Shown here: positions 43,490 to 52,457 of the stretch, piece by piece
How positions within the stretch are numbered: position 1 is the stretch's first letter
How the letters are laid out: each line of letters starts with the position of its first letter
NCBI GenBank assembly: GCA_965228345.1
Contig: CBDDHH010000003.1
Coordinates: 181,806-245,805 of the forward strand
Length of the DNA: 64,000 nt
From: Alphaproteobacteria bacterium
Lineage (GTDB): Bacteria; Pseudomonadota; Alphaproteobacteria; UBA7985
Direction of reading: 5' to 3'
Program-made: the position numbers and the translations under genes
Notes under the pieces: generated by a model
What the model saw: only the letters and a program-made list of their open reading frames with translations
What the model was told of the DNA's origin: nothing
Database searches by the model: none

Positions 43490-44470
43490 ATGCGGGCTTC
43501 ATTCACACTCCTACGCGCGCTCTTGGTTGGCGCGATCCTGTTTGCCGCGGCGGCTCTGTTCGGGGTATCAAAGGCGCAAAACGCCGACGCGTCAGGGTCA
43601 GAAACGGTCATGTTCCTGATTAGCCGGGGCCAGTCGGCGCGGGCCGTTGGCGAGAATTTGGAGGCGGCAGGGCTGATCGACAGCGCCTTTTTCTTCCGGC
43701 TCAGTTTGCGCTTGTCGGGCCGCGGCGGGGATATACAGGCGGGCGAATACGCCATCCCCCGATCGGCGAGTATGGACGAGATTGTCGATCTGATCACCGC
43801 TGGGGTCGTGGTCCAACGCACCGTCACCGTGCCTGAGGGGCTGACCTCCTACCAAATCGTCCAACTGCTCAATGCCAAGGAGGACTTGGGGGGCCCTCGG
43901 ATAGAGGTCATACCTACCGAGGGGTCGCTCTTGCCCGAAACCTACGCCTTCACCGCCGGCGATACCCGCCAAGATATTCTCGATCGCGCCGCGGTGGCTA
44001 TGGAACAAACCTTGGCCGATTTATGGGCGACGCGTAGCGCTGAGGCCGTCGTCCAAAGCCCCGTCGAGGCCGTGATTTTGGCCTCGATTATCGAAAAGGA
44101 AACGGGCCTTGGGTCCGAACGCGGCCTGGTGGCGAGCGTCTATTCCAACCGGCTCACCACCCCGGGCTGGCGCTTGCAGGCCGACCCGACGTTGATTTAT
44201 GGACTGACCGAGGGACGGATGGACTTGGGGCGCGGCTTGCGGCGGTCGGAATTGGACGATGCGGGCAACCCCTACAACACCTACCGCCACGATGGCCTGC
44301 CCCCGGGGCCCATCGCCAACCCAGGGCGGGCGGCTCTGGCAGCGGCGCTGAATCCTTCGACCTCGCCCTACTTCTTCTTTGTCGCCGATTGCCAGGGCGG
44401 GCACCGCTTCGGCGTCACCCTCGATGATCATAACCGCAACGTCGCGGCCTTCCGCGCCTCCTGTGGTTAG
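43490..44470 (+). CDS. mltG: Endolytic murein transglycosylase MltG (YceG-like)
   Basis: N-terminal TM segment, ASIIEKET, NTYRHDGLPPGPIANPG. Confidence 0.85.
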   Translation: MRASFTLLRALLVGAILFAAAALFGVSKAQNADASGSETVMFLISRGQSARAVGENLEAAGLIDSAFFFRLSLRLSGRGGDIQAGEYAIPRSASMDEIVDLITAGVVVQRTVTVPEGLTSYQIVQLLNAKEDLGGPRIEVIPTEGSLLPETYAFTAGDTRQDILDRAAVAMEQTLADLWATRSAEAVVQSPVEAVILASIIEKETGLGSERGLVASVYSNRLTTPGWRLQADPTLIYGLTEGRMDLGRGLRRSELDDAGNPYNTYRHDGLPPGPIANPGRAALAAALNPSTSPYFFFVADCQGGHRFGVTLDDHNRNVAAFRASCG

Positions 44471-45788
44471 AGGCAGGGTCCAGCAGTTTTTTGCCAAACC
44501 CGAGTGGGGTTTTGGACGCCGCCTGACTATCGGCAGCCTGATCGGCCTTGCCACGGGCTTCGTCGCCGTCGGGTTCCGGCTCTTGTTCGGCCTCCTAAGC
44601 GATTTTTTACTGCATACGGATGGGGAAGGGGTGGCGCAGGCCGCCCCCGTCATGCTGTTTCTGGTCCCCGCGCTCGGCGGGCTCAGCGTCGGTATCCTGA
44701 CCCGGCAGTTTTTTGGGCGTGGCGGCATCCCCGGGGTGGCCGATGTGGTCCTGGCGCAAACGCGCGATCGCGGCCTCATGGGCTGGGCCGACGCCGCCAA
44801 GGCGGGGGCGCTCAACTTGCTTGCCCTGGGTACGGGCGCGTCGGTCGGGCGCGAGGGGCCCTTGGTCCATCTGGGCGCAACTCTCGGGTCCTTGGGCGGG
44901 GTTTGGCTGCGGGTCGATGAAACCCATCGCCGGATTTACCTGGCTTGCGGTGTGGCGGCGGGCGTGGCGGCGTCCTTCAACGCGCCGCTGGCAGGGCTGT
45001 TCTTTGCCATCGAAATCGCCTTGGGCGGTCTTACGAGCCTGTCGCTTGCGTCCCTGGGCCCTGTCGTCCTTGCCGCCATCGCGGGGACCATGGTCAGCCG
45101 CGCCCTCTTGCCGGCGGAGGAGGCGTTCTTGATCGTCAAAACCTTGGAAATTTCACCTTGGGAGTTTCCCGCCTTCGTGCTGCTGGGCTTGATCTGCGCG
45201 CTGGTTTCGACGGCGTTTTTGACCCTAATGCGGCGGGCTTGGCACCTGCGGCGGCGGCTTGCGGAGGTGGTCCCGCTCTGGTTGCATCCGGCGTTCGCGG
45301 GCATGGCGCTGGGCTGTCTTGCCATGGCAGTTCCCGAAGTGCTGGGCGTCGGCTACGTCGCAACCTTCCAGTCCTTAAGCGGGGCTTATGATCAATCCTA
45401 CCTTCTCATCCTGTTGATTGCCAAGTTGTTTGCGGTGGTCGTGTGTCTGGCCTTGGGGTTCGGGTCGGGCATCTTTTCCCCCGCCCTCATGATCGGGGCC
45501 TTACTTGGGGTCTTGTTTGGACAAATCGCGACCCAGCTGGCCCCGCAATTCCCTGCGGACAGCTTCGCCTACGGTTACGCTGGCATGGGCGCCATGGTCG
45601 GGGCCGTCCTCGGCGCGCCGCTCTCAACGATTCTCATGGTGTTTGAACTGACCCGCGACTACGCGGTGACGGTTGCCGTCATGCTCAGCGTTGTTGTCGC
45701 CGCCCAAATCACCCATGCGCTCGTCGGCAACACATTTTTCGGGTTGCAACTAGAACAACGCGGTGTTCGCTTGGTTCTGGGCGGTTGA
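44463..45788 (+). CDS. ClC-family voltage-gated chloride channel / H+-Cl- antiporter
   Basis: GASVGREGPLVHLG and GSGIFSPAL selectivity motifs. The start is uncertain: GTG 44463 overlaps the mltG stop, and the ORF is open from 44379. Confidence 0.75.
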   Translation: MVRGRVQQFFAKPEWGFGRRLTIGSLIGLATGFVAVGFRLLFGLLSDFLLHTDGEGVAQAAPVMLFLVPALGGLSVGILTRQFFGRGGIPGVADVVLAQTRDRGLMGWADAAKAGALNLLALGTGASVGREGPLVHLGATLGSLGGVWLRVDETHRRIYLACGVAAGVAASFNAPLAGLFFAIEIALGGLTSLSLASLGPVVLAAIAGTMVSRALLPAEEAFLIVKTLEISPWEFPAFVLLGLICALVSTAFLTLMRRAWHLRRRLAEVVPLWLHPAFAGMALGCLAMAVPEVLGVGYVATFQSLSGAYDQSYLLILLIAKLFAVVVCLALGFGSGIFSPALMIGALLGVLFGQIATQLAPQFPADSFAYGYAGMGAMVGAVLGAPLSTILMVFELTRDYAVTVAVMLSVVVAAQITHALVGNTFFGLQLEQRGVRLVLGG

Positions 45789-45809
45789 GACGCGCGGAAG
45801 AGTCGAGTC

Positions 45810-46073
45810 ATACCATCGGCGGTAGCTTTTGATACCAACTCCGCTAAAAATTGACATTTTCAGCGGAGTTTTGTCTCACGGCAGAAACGCTCCGCGTTTC
45901 GCCTGTTTGATGCGGTCTCACCTCGCTCGCGCCGCTCGCTCAGCCTTACCGCGCGACGGGGCCTTCGCTTATACCCCGAGGCGCTTTCTTAGCTTGTCTC
46001 GGGGCCGCTACGGGGGCCGCAGTCGCGGCTCTATACCAGTTTATAAAGAGTCTGTTTTAAGGAGAACTGGTAT
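45810..46073 (+). repeat. Mosaic intergenic repeat, copy R7 (long form, forward) between convergent genes
   Basis: A degenerate ATACCATCGGCGG fragment, then GATACCAACTCCGCTAAAAATTGACATTTTCAGCGGAG...all modules except the GGCGCGGGCGTTCC/GGGCTTGGAGCCC block...T-type hairpin. Confidence 0.9.
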
Positions 46074-46089
46074 TCAGCAGTACAGAACC

Positions 46090-46902
46090 CTAATTTGTCC
46101 TCACACGACCCTCATCCGCTCTTTGTTCGCCAAAGGCCATGGCCAGGGCCTGGATGGTGACCATGGACCCTACTGCGCTGCGGAACCCGCGGTCGGTCGC
46201 TTGGTCGGTTACCAGCACCAAGTCGGCATTTTGGGCCACGGGGCTGACGGCGGAATCGGTTAGGACGAGGGTTTTGGCGCCGCGTTCTTTCGCCAGGTCT
46301 TTGGCTTCCAAAACCTCAGGAGAGTAAGTGGGGAATGAGATCAGGAACAAGAGGTGGCCGGGCCGAAGGGTGCTGAGGCTGGCCTGGTTCATATGGCCCA
46401 AGAACTCGATTTGGTTCACCTGCGCGTCGAAGCTGGCAAGCAGGTAGGAAAAGTAGGCGGCTGGGCCAAAACTCCTCCGCAGGCCCAGGACATGAACGGT
46501 CTCAGCCTCGCAGAGCATTTGGACAGCTTGGTCAATGAGCCCTGGGTTGGGCAAACTCGCCAGACTTCGCTGCGCCAAGTCGGCGAAGCGGGCGAGGGGC
46601 TTGCTGGCGTGCGGCGGCGGCTCTCCTCGCAAGCGTTCGAAGTAGGAGGCAGGCAAGCCCTGGGCCAAGTCGGCCTTTAGGATGCGCTGGATGCTAGAAA
46701 ACCCGGGAAATCCAATGGCTTTGGAAAATCGGATCACGGCGCTGGGCTGGACCTCCAACTCGGCACCCATATCACTTAGGCGCATGAGCGCCGCTTGTTG
46801 GGGATGGTCTAGGACAAACTGGGCAATGCGCTTAAGCTGCGGGGGGAGATCCGCGTGCGCGTCGATGATTTGGGCGCGCAGTTGGTCGAGTTCAGAGGTC
46901 AA
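46090..46902 (-). CDS. MurR/RpiR-family transcriptional regulator (HTH_6 + SIS domains)
   Basis: LPPQLKRIAQFVLDHPQQAALMRLSDMGAELEVQPSAVIRFSKAIGFPGFS is the RpiR HTH, followed by an SIS domain. The start is uncertain: TTG 46902 overlaps the upstream stop, and the ORF is open to 47028. Confidence 0.7.
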   Translation of the reverse strand: MTSELDQLRAQIIDAHADLPPQLKRIAQFVLDHPQQAALMRLSDMGAELEVQPSAVIRFSKAIGFPGFSSIQRILKADLAQGLPASYFERLRGEPPPHASKPLARFADLAQRSLASLPNPGLIDQAVQMLCEAETVHVLGLRRSFGPAAYFSYLLASFDAQVNQIEFLGHMNQASLSTLRPGHLLFLISFPTYSPEVLEAKDLAKERGAKTLVLTDSAVSPVAQNADLVLVTDQATDRGFRSAVGSMVTIQALAMAFGEQRADEGRVRTN

Positions 46903-48064
46903 CCCAGGCCCTCGCTTGTGAGGAGTCTTGGATGGCTTGCAGCGCCGCTTCAAATTCCAGGCCGTGCTGGAAATTGGGGTAGCAATCGCCATCTTCCAAA
47001 ATAGCACGGACGAAGTCTCCCGCTTCAATCACTTTCATCTCGTTGAAGCCGACGTGGTGGCCGGGGGCGGGGCAGAAGTTCCCAAAGGGACTGTGCCAGG
47101 GGCCGACGAATACCTGTTTGAAACCGTTGGTGCGCATGTCTGCGTTGCCCGTCTGCTCAAACAACTGGAATTCGCCCATGCGCGCCTGGTCGAACTTAAT
47201 CGCCCCTTTGGTCCCCGTGACCTCAAAGCCGAGGTTCATCTTGTGCCCTTGGCCGAGCCAGGAGGTATGGAGGGTGAAGAGCGCGCCGCTTTGAAAAGTC
47301 CCCAGCGCCGAGTACTGATCGTCGGTTTCGACGGGCCGCATCTCACCCGTCTGCGCATCGGGCCGCTGTGTATGGACGGTTTGCAGTCGCGCCACGACAT
47401 CGCGCAAGGGGCCGCAGAGCCAGATCGCCATGGAAACTTGGTGCGAGCCCATATCGCCCAGCGCGCCCTTACCGCCGCCCTTTTTGGTCAGGCGCCAAGA
47501 ATGCGCGGCCGATATGTCGCACATGAAGTCTTCCTGGTAAATGCCGTTGAAATGGACGATGTCGCCAATAAGTCCGTCCTCAATTGCTTGCTTGATCGCC
47601 AGCAAGGCGGGGGATTTCATATAATTGTACCCCAGCATGGTCTTGACGCCTGCGGCCTGCGCGGCGTCGGCCATGACGCGCGCGTCCGCGAAGTTGGTGG
47701 CCATAGGCTTTTCGCACCAAATGTGCTTGCCCGTCTGCGCAGCCCTAAGCGCCATGTCTTTGTGGGCAAAGTTCGGCGTGCAAATCGAGACGACGTCGAT
47801 GTCGTCGGCGCCACACACCTCTTCCCAATTTTGGGTGGTACGTTCAAAGCCAAAGCGCGGGCCGTTCAGGGCGCAAGAGTCCTGACTCATGTCGAATAGG
47901 GCGGCCAGCTCGATGTCGATGGGCCAGTTGAAAACCGACTTGCCGCGCATCCAAGCCGCCGTGTGAGTGCCGCCCATAAAGCCCATGCCGAGCACGCCGA
48001 CGCGCAGTTTTTTGAGGCCGACTTTGTTGATCGGCTGATTGTCGATGCGTAGGTCACGCTTCAT
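46892..48064 (-). CDS. Gfo/Idh/MocA-family oxidoreductase (possible inositol/scyllo-inosose dehydrogenase)
   Basis: LRVGVLGMGFMGGTH Rossmann motif and the EKP motif (WCEKPMA). iol gene context. Confidence 0.75.
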   Translation of the reverse strand: MKRDLRIDNQPINKVGLKKLRVGVLGMGFMGGTHTAAWMRGKSVFNWPIDIELAALFDMSQDSCALNGPRFGFERTTQNWEEVCGADDIDVVSICTPNFAHKDMALRAAQTGKHIWCEKPMATNFADARVMADAAQAAGVKTMLGYNYMKSPALLAIKQAIEDGLIGDIVHFNGIYQEDFMCDISAAHSWRLTKKGGGKGALGDMGSHQVSMAIWLCGPLRDVVARLQTVHTQRPDAQTGEMRPVETDDQYSALGTFQSGALFTLHTSWLGQGHKMNLGFEVTGTKGAIKFDQARMGEFQLFEQTGNADMRTNGFKQVFVGPWHSPFGNFCPAPGHHVGFNEMKVIEAGDFVRAILEDGDCYPNFQHGLEFEAALQAIQDSSQARAWVDL

Positions 48065-48956
48065 GGCTGATCTCCAGTCCTGCTTGGGCGCACACGGCCA
48101 AAGTATGCGCGTAGCCTTGCGCCGAATAGGCTTTGGGCGGGGCCTTCTTGGGGTCTTGTTCGGCCTCTACCACGATCCAGCCTTGGTAGGCGAGGGCCCG
48201 GAGTTGGCGGGCGACGGCATAAAAATCTATGCAGCCGTCCCCCGGAACGGTAAAGGCACCCGTGACCACCGCGTCCAAAAACGCCGCGTCCCGCGCCCTG
48301 AGGTCGGCGACGACGGCGGGGCGCATATCTTTAAAATGAACATGGTGCACCCGCTCGCCCCAGCGGTCGAGGGTTTGGCTGACGTCGCCGCCGGCGAAGA
48401 GGAGATGCCCCGTATCGAAGCACAGATGCACCTCGGGCGCGGCGTAATTCATCAGCCAGTTGATATCATCCTCGCACTGGATGATGGTTCCCATATGATG
48501 GTGGTAGGCCAGCGGCAGGCCCTGGTCTGCGGTCCACTTCGCCACTTCGCTGAGGCGACTGGCGTAGTCACGAATTTGATTCCGGTCCAAGGTCGGGCGG
48601 GTCGAGAGTGGCGCGCCCGCCTCGCTCTGAATGGTGTTGGAACACTCGGCGTAAACAAGACAAGGGGCCTGGAGCGCGACGAATTGATCGACCTGCGCGC
48701 CAATATGGGTGCGTTCGGCGATGGGATCATTTTGGAGCAAAGCCCCTGAGCACCAGCCCCCGCACAGCACCAACTCATGGGCCTCCAAGTAGGCGCCGAG
48801 GCTTTGCGTGTCGCTCGGCATGCGTTGTCCCCGCTCGACGCCCCGATAGCCGATCTCGCGGGCCTCTTGCAGGGCTTGCCCCATGGTGAAATCTGCGGTC
48901 AGGTCGGGCAAATCATCGTTCTGCCAACAGATGGGAGAGATACCGATTTTGATCAT
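48054..48956 (-). CDS. iolE: Myo-inosose-2 dehydratase
   Basis: MIKIGISPICWQNDDLPDL N-terminus, TIM-barrel fold pattern, adjacent to iolD. Confidence 0.8.
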   Translation of the reverse strand: MIKIGISPICWQNDDLPDLTADFTMGQALQEAREIGYRGVERGQRMPSDTQSLGAYLEAHELVLCGGWCSGALLQNDPIAERTHIGAQVDQFVALQAPCLVYAECSNTIQSEAGAPLSTRPTLDRNQIRDYASRLSEVAKWTADQGLPLAYHHHMGTIIQCEDDINWLMNYAAPEVHLCFDTGHLLFAGGDVSQTLDRWGERVHHVHFKDMRPAVVADLRARDAAFLDAVVTGAFTVPGDGCIDFYAVARQLRALAYQGWIVVEAEQDPKKAPPKAYSAQGYAHTLAVCAQAGLEISHEA

Positions 48957-48997
48957 GAGGGGACCTCTTGGGGTGAGGGGACAGGGTGACGGGAAAG

Positions 48998-50866
48998 TTA
49001 AACCAGATCGATCCGCTGATGCTGGGCGCGGTTGGCCTCGTGTTCGGCCTTGGCCGCCTCAACCTGCGCGCGTGGGCTGACCTCGGGCACGCCCACATCC
49101 CACCAGCTATCCCCGCCGGTCCAGTCGTGGGACTGAACCCGGGTGGAGATGACGACGGTGCGGTCGGCCTCGCGGGCCTTGGCGAAGGCCGCTTTGAGCT
49201 CGTCGATCGTATCGACATGGGTGGCGATCGCGCCCATGGCGGCGGCATGATCGGCAAAGTTGGGCATGAACGGCGCGACCCCGTCGCCCAACCTGCAGTC
49301 TTTGATCAGATTGTTGAAACTCTTCCCGCCCTTAAAGTTCTGCAGGCGGTTGATGACGGCGTAGCCGCCATTGTCGCAGACGATGACGATCATCTTATGG
49401 CCGCTCAAAACCGAGGAGTAGATGTCCGAGTTCATCATAAGATAGGAGCCGTCGCCGACAAAGACGATCAACTCGCCGCCATCCTTGGCCTCCGCTTTCG
49501 CCATGGCCGCGCCCCAGCCGCCGGCGATTTCGTAACCCATGCAGGAGAAACCGTATTCGCAGTCGTAGGACCCGTGCGATTTGGCCAACCAGCCCTTGTT
49601 GAGTTCCCCCGGCAAGCCCCCCGCTGCGGTCAGGACCCGGTCGTTGGGGGTGGCGGCGTCCCAGATCGCGCCGACAACCTCCGAATAGCGGGGCGTTTTG
49701 TTGGTCGGCGCGCGGCGTTCGGCAAGGTAGCTGCGCCAGGTCGCCATTTCGGTCTTGGCCTGTGCCAGCCGCGCCGCTGGGGCAGCCCAGTCGCCCAGTT
49801 GCATGTCCAGTTCTTCCAGCGTTACCCGCGCGTCGCCGACGAGCGCGAGAGCGCCGTGCTTATGGGCGTCCCAGGCGGCGGCATTGATGGAAACAAAGCG
49901 CACCTGATCGCCCTGAAAGCAGGACCAAGACCCGGTAGTGAAGTCTTGCAAGCGCGAGCCGATGACCAAGACTAGGTCCGCATCGGCAGCAAGGGCGTTG
50001 GCGGCGCTGGTGCCCGTCGGCCCCGTCAGACCTACGCCATGGTCATGGGTGTCGAGCACCGAGGTCTTGCCCGCGGTCGTTTCTGCGACGGGGATCCCGC
50101 GGCGGCTGGCAAAGTCGTTCAGCAAAGCTTCGGCACGGGAGAACAGCACGCCGCCGCCGGCGATGATGAGGGGTTTGGTCGCGCGTTTAAGGACCTGCGC
50201 CGCTTCCGCCACCGCCCCGGCGTCGGCGCGGTTGCGCGGTAGGGACCAGACCTTCGGGGCGAAGAACGTCGCTGGGAAGTCGTGGGCTTTGGCCTGCACG
50301 TCTTGTGGGAGCGCTAAGAACGCGGGGCCGCGCGTCGCGGGGTCCAGCATGGTTTGTGTTGCTTGCGGCAGCATGGCGAGGATCTGCTCAGGGTGCGTCA
50401 GTCGGTCCCAATAGCGCACCACGGGCTTGAAGCAGTCGTTGACAGTCAGGCTTGGCTCGCCGAAATTTTCGACCTGCTGCAAGACCGGATCGGGTCGGCG
50501 ATTTTGAAACGTATCCCCGCTCAGAATCAACAAGGGCAGGCGGTTGGCCATGGCGACCCCCGCCGCCGTCACCATATTGGTTGCTCCCGGCCCGACGGAC
50601 GAGGTGGCGACACAAATCTGTTCGCCGCGCTTGGCCTTGGCGTAAGCGATTCCTGCCAGCGCCATCGACTGTTCATTCTGACCACGATAGGTCGGCAAGG
50701 TGTCCTGCACCCGCTCCAGCGCTTCGGCCAAGCAAGTCACGTTGCCGTGGCCGAAAATGCCAAACACCGCCGGAAACAAAGGCTTTAGGCCTTCAGCGGT
50801 TTGAACCTGTTGCGCATTCAGCCATGCGATCACGGCTTGAGCGACGGTGAGGCGTTCGTAGGTCAT
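48998..50866 (-). CDS. iolD: 3D-(3,5/4)-trihydroxycyclohexane-1,2-dione acylhydrolase (ThDP enzyme)
   Basis: 622 aa. ThDP-binding GDGSYLMMNSD...N motif. Its length and context are typical of IolD. Confidence 0.85.
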   Translation of the reverse strand: MTYERLTVAQAVIAWLNAQQVQTAEGLKPLFPAVFGIFGHGNVTCLAEALERVQDTLPTYRGQNEQSMALAGIAYAKAKRGEQICVATSSVGPGATNMVTAAGVAMANRLPLLILSGDTFQNRRPDPVLQQVENFGEPSLTVNDCFKPVVRYWDRLTHPEQILAMLPQATQTMLDPATRGPAFLALPQDVQAKAHDFPATFFAPKVWSLPRNRADAGAVAEAAQVLKRATKPLIIAGGGVLFSRAEALLNDFASRRGIPVAETTAGKTSVLDTHDHGVGLTGPTGTSAANALAADADLVLVIGSRLQDFTTGSWSCFQGDQVRFVSINAAAWDAHKHGALALVGDARVTLEELDMQLGDWAAPAARLAQAKTEMATWRSYLAERRAPTNKTPRYSEVVGAIWDAATPNDRVLTAAGGLPGELNKGWLAKSHGSYDCEYGFSCMGYEIAGGWGAAMAKAEAKDGGELIVFVGDGSYLMMNSDIYSSVLSGHKMIVIVCDNGGYAVINRLQNFKGGKSFNNLIKDCRLGDGVAPFMPNFADHAAAMGAIATHVDTIDELKAAFAKAREADRTVVISTRVQSHDWTGGDSWWDVGVPEVSPRAQVEAAKAEHEANRAQHQRIDLV

Positions 50867-51251
50867 GGCTCTCCTTCCTCATATGCCGAGGGTCGCATTC
50901 AAGGACCCTCGGGCTGCATCCAAATGCCACGCGAGCTGCGCTCCCACGTGGGTATCCATCCTTCCTTGAGTTGAGCGAATTTTCACTTCAACTCGATTCT
51001 GTGCCTAGGTTAGCGCCCAGAAATCGCCGCGGCGGGTCACGCTTGCATGCCACTAAACTAAAACCAAGCTCTTAAGTGGTGGGCGAGATGAAATAAATAT
51101 TCTTTTTTTACTCAAGTCAGAATTTTTTGTTCGTTTTACTTGACTCGGGCGCTAATTGGTGCTGATTCGATTCTGGGCCCAAGCCTCAGTGGCGGAGGCC
51201 ATCCCTGCACGCAGCAGGGATTCTTGCACTTGGCTTTTTTCGGAGGAACTT
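50867..51251. promoter_or_regulatory. Divergent control region between iolD and the ABC transporter operon
   Basis: 385-bp non-coding gap with an AT-rich core (51090-51150). A perfect 9-bp hairpin, CCGAGGGTC-N9-GACCCTCGG, lies at 50886-50912 in the iolD leader. A short inverted repeat GAGTTGA...TCAACTC lies near 50970-50996. Confidence 0.4.
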
Positions 51252-52178
51252 ATGAAAAAACTATTGAGCCTTGCCGTCGCAACGACGGCCCTCACAGGGT
51301 CTGCAATGGCCGACGGCCACGCGGCCAATATCATCGTTGTTACCCATGGCTCTGACGCCGATGGATTTTGGGGCGTGGTGCGTAACGGCGTCGAGGCCGC
51401 GGCCGAAGACACGGGCGCGAGCGTCACCTATAGGAACCCCTCAACGGGAGACTTGAACGAAATGGCGTCACTGATCGAATCTTCAGCTGCGCAGGCGCCC
51501 GACGGCCTGGTCGTGTCGATCCCCGATGCCAGCATTCTCGGCGGCCCCATCTCGGCAGCTGCAGAGGCGGGGATCCCTGTGATTTCGATTAACTCAGGCG
51601 CCGATGTGTCGGCCGATTTGGGGGCGATCATGCACGTGGGCCAACCTGAATACGAGGCAGGCCTCGGTGGGGGTCAGAAGTCTGCCTCTATGGGCGGTTC
51701 GACCGGTGTATGCTTCAACCACGAGCCCTTCAACACGGCCCTCCTGGACCGTTGTCAGGGCTTTGCCGATGGCTTGGGTGAAGATCTCAATATGGTCGAG
51801 GTTTCCACGGATTTCAACGACATCAAGAACACGGTTTCGGCCTACATGACCTCCAACCCTGGCGTTGGGGCCATCATGGGTGTGGGGCCAACGGGCTGTG
51901 ATCCAATCATCGAAGCCGTTGAGGAACTGGGTATGGCAGGCGAGGTCGTCGTCGGCTGTTTTGACCTGTCGCCAGCGATTGTCCAGGGCATTATCAGCGG
52001 CACCGTCGCCTATGCCATAGACCAACAACAGTTCTTGCAGGGTTATATGCCTGTGGTTGTCTTGCACTTGCACCACCGCAATGGCACTTTGCCCGGGAAC
52101 TCAATCAATTCGGGCCCTGGCTTTGTAACTTTGGCAAACGTTGAGCAAGTCCAGGCTTTGGCAGGTGTTGAACGCTAG
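51252..52178 (+). CDS. Sugar ABC transporter periplasmic substrate-binding protein
   Basis: MKKLLSLAVATTALTGSAMA signal peptide after GGAGG. Periplasmic-binding-protein type I pattern. Confidence 0.8.
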   Translation: MKKLLSLAVATTALTGSAMADGHAANIIVVTHGSDADGFWGVVRNGVEAAAEDTGASVTYRNPSTGDLNEMASLIESSAAQAPDGLVVSIPDASILGGPISAAAEAGIPVISINSGADVSADLGAIMHVGQPEYEAGLGGGQKSASMGGSTGVCFNHEPFNTALLDRCQGFADGLGEDLNMVEVSTDFNDIKNTVSAYMTSNPGVGAIMGVGPTGCDPIIEAVEELGMAGEVVVGCFDLSPAIVQGIISGTVAYAIDQQQFLQGYMPVVVLHLHHRNGTLPGNSINSGPGFVTLANVEQVQALAGVER

Positions 52179-52200
52179 CCGCTTGCGTGTCTTTGTTCTA

Positions 52201-52386
52201 ATACCAGCGGCGATTTAAAATGACTCTTGCTGGTATAAGGGCCGCGACTGCGGCCCCTGTAGCGGCCCCGAGAATAGCGCGAAAGCGCCTCGGGGTATGA
52301 GCGAAGGGGAGGCGAAACGCGAAGCGTTTCTGACGTGAGACACGAAACGGTCATGAAAAGGTCACTTTTTATGACCGTTGGTATAT
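52201..52386 (-). repeat. Mosaic intergenic repeat, copy R8 (short form, reverse) inside the ABC operon
   Basis: A-type hairpin (with a deletion), GGGCCGCGACTGCGGCCC, CCCCGAG..CTCGGGG, GAAACGCgaaGCGTTTC, and the GGTCAT...ATGACC hairpin. Confidence 0.9.
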
Positions 52387-52411
52387 AACGTCTTAGAGAC
52401 GCCTTATCTTT

Positions 52412-52438
52412 GGGGGCGGGCTGGTCCCGCCCCCTTTT
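52412..52438 (+). terminator. Intercistronic terminator-like hairpin between the binding-protein and permease genes
   Basis: GGGGGCGGG-ctggt-CCCGCCCCC followed by TTTT, 20 nt upstream of the permease ATG. Confidence 0.6.
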
Positions 52439-52457
52439 GTTTCTGGGGAGGATCATC

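Noticed and set aside
44379-44462. Upstream extension of the ClC channel ORF overlapping the last 90 nt of mltG. Similar N-terminal extensions of LpxL (37384..37446), acetoacetyl-CoA synthetase (60059..60244), agmatinase (61024..61197), the YHYH protein (58098..58223) and rpmJ (38687..38749)
   Set aside because: The extensions overlap upstream genes or repeats and are Arg/Pro/Gly-rich. Internal starts give proteins beginning where the family-typical N-termini or signal peptides begin, often with stop-start coupling.
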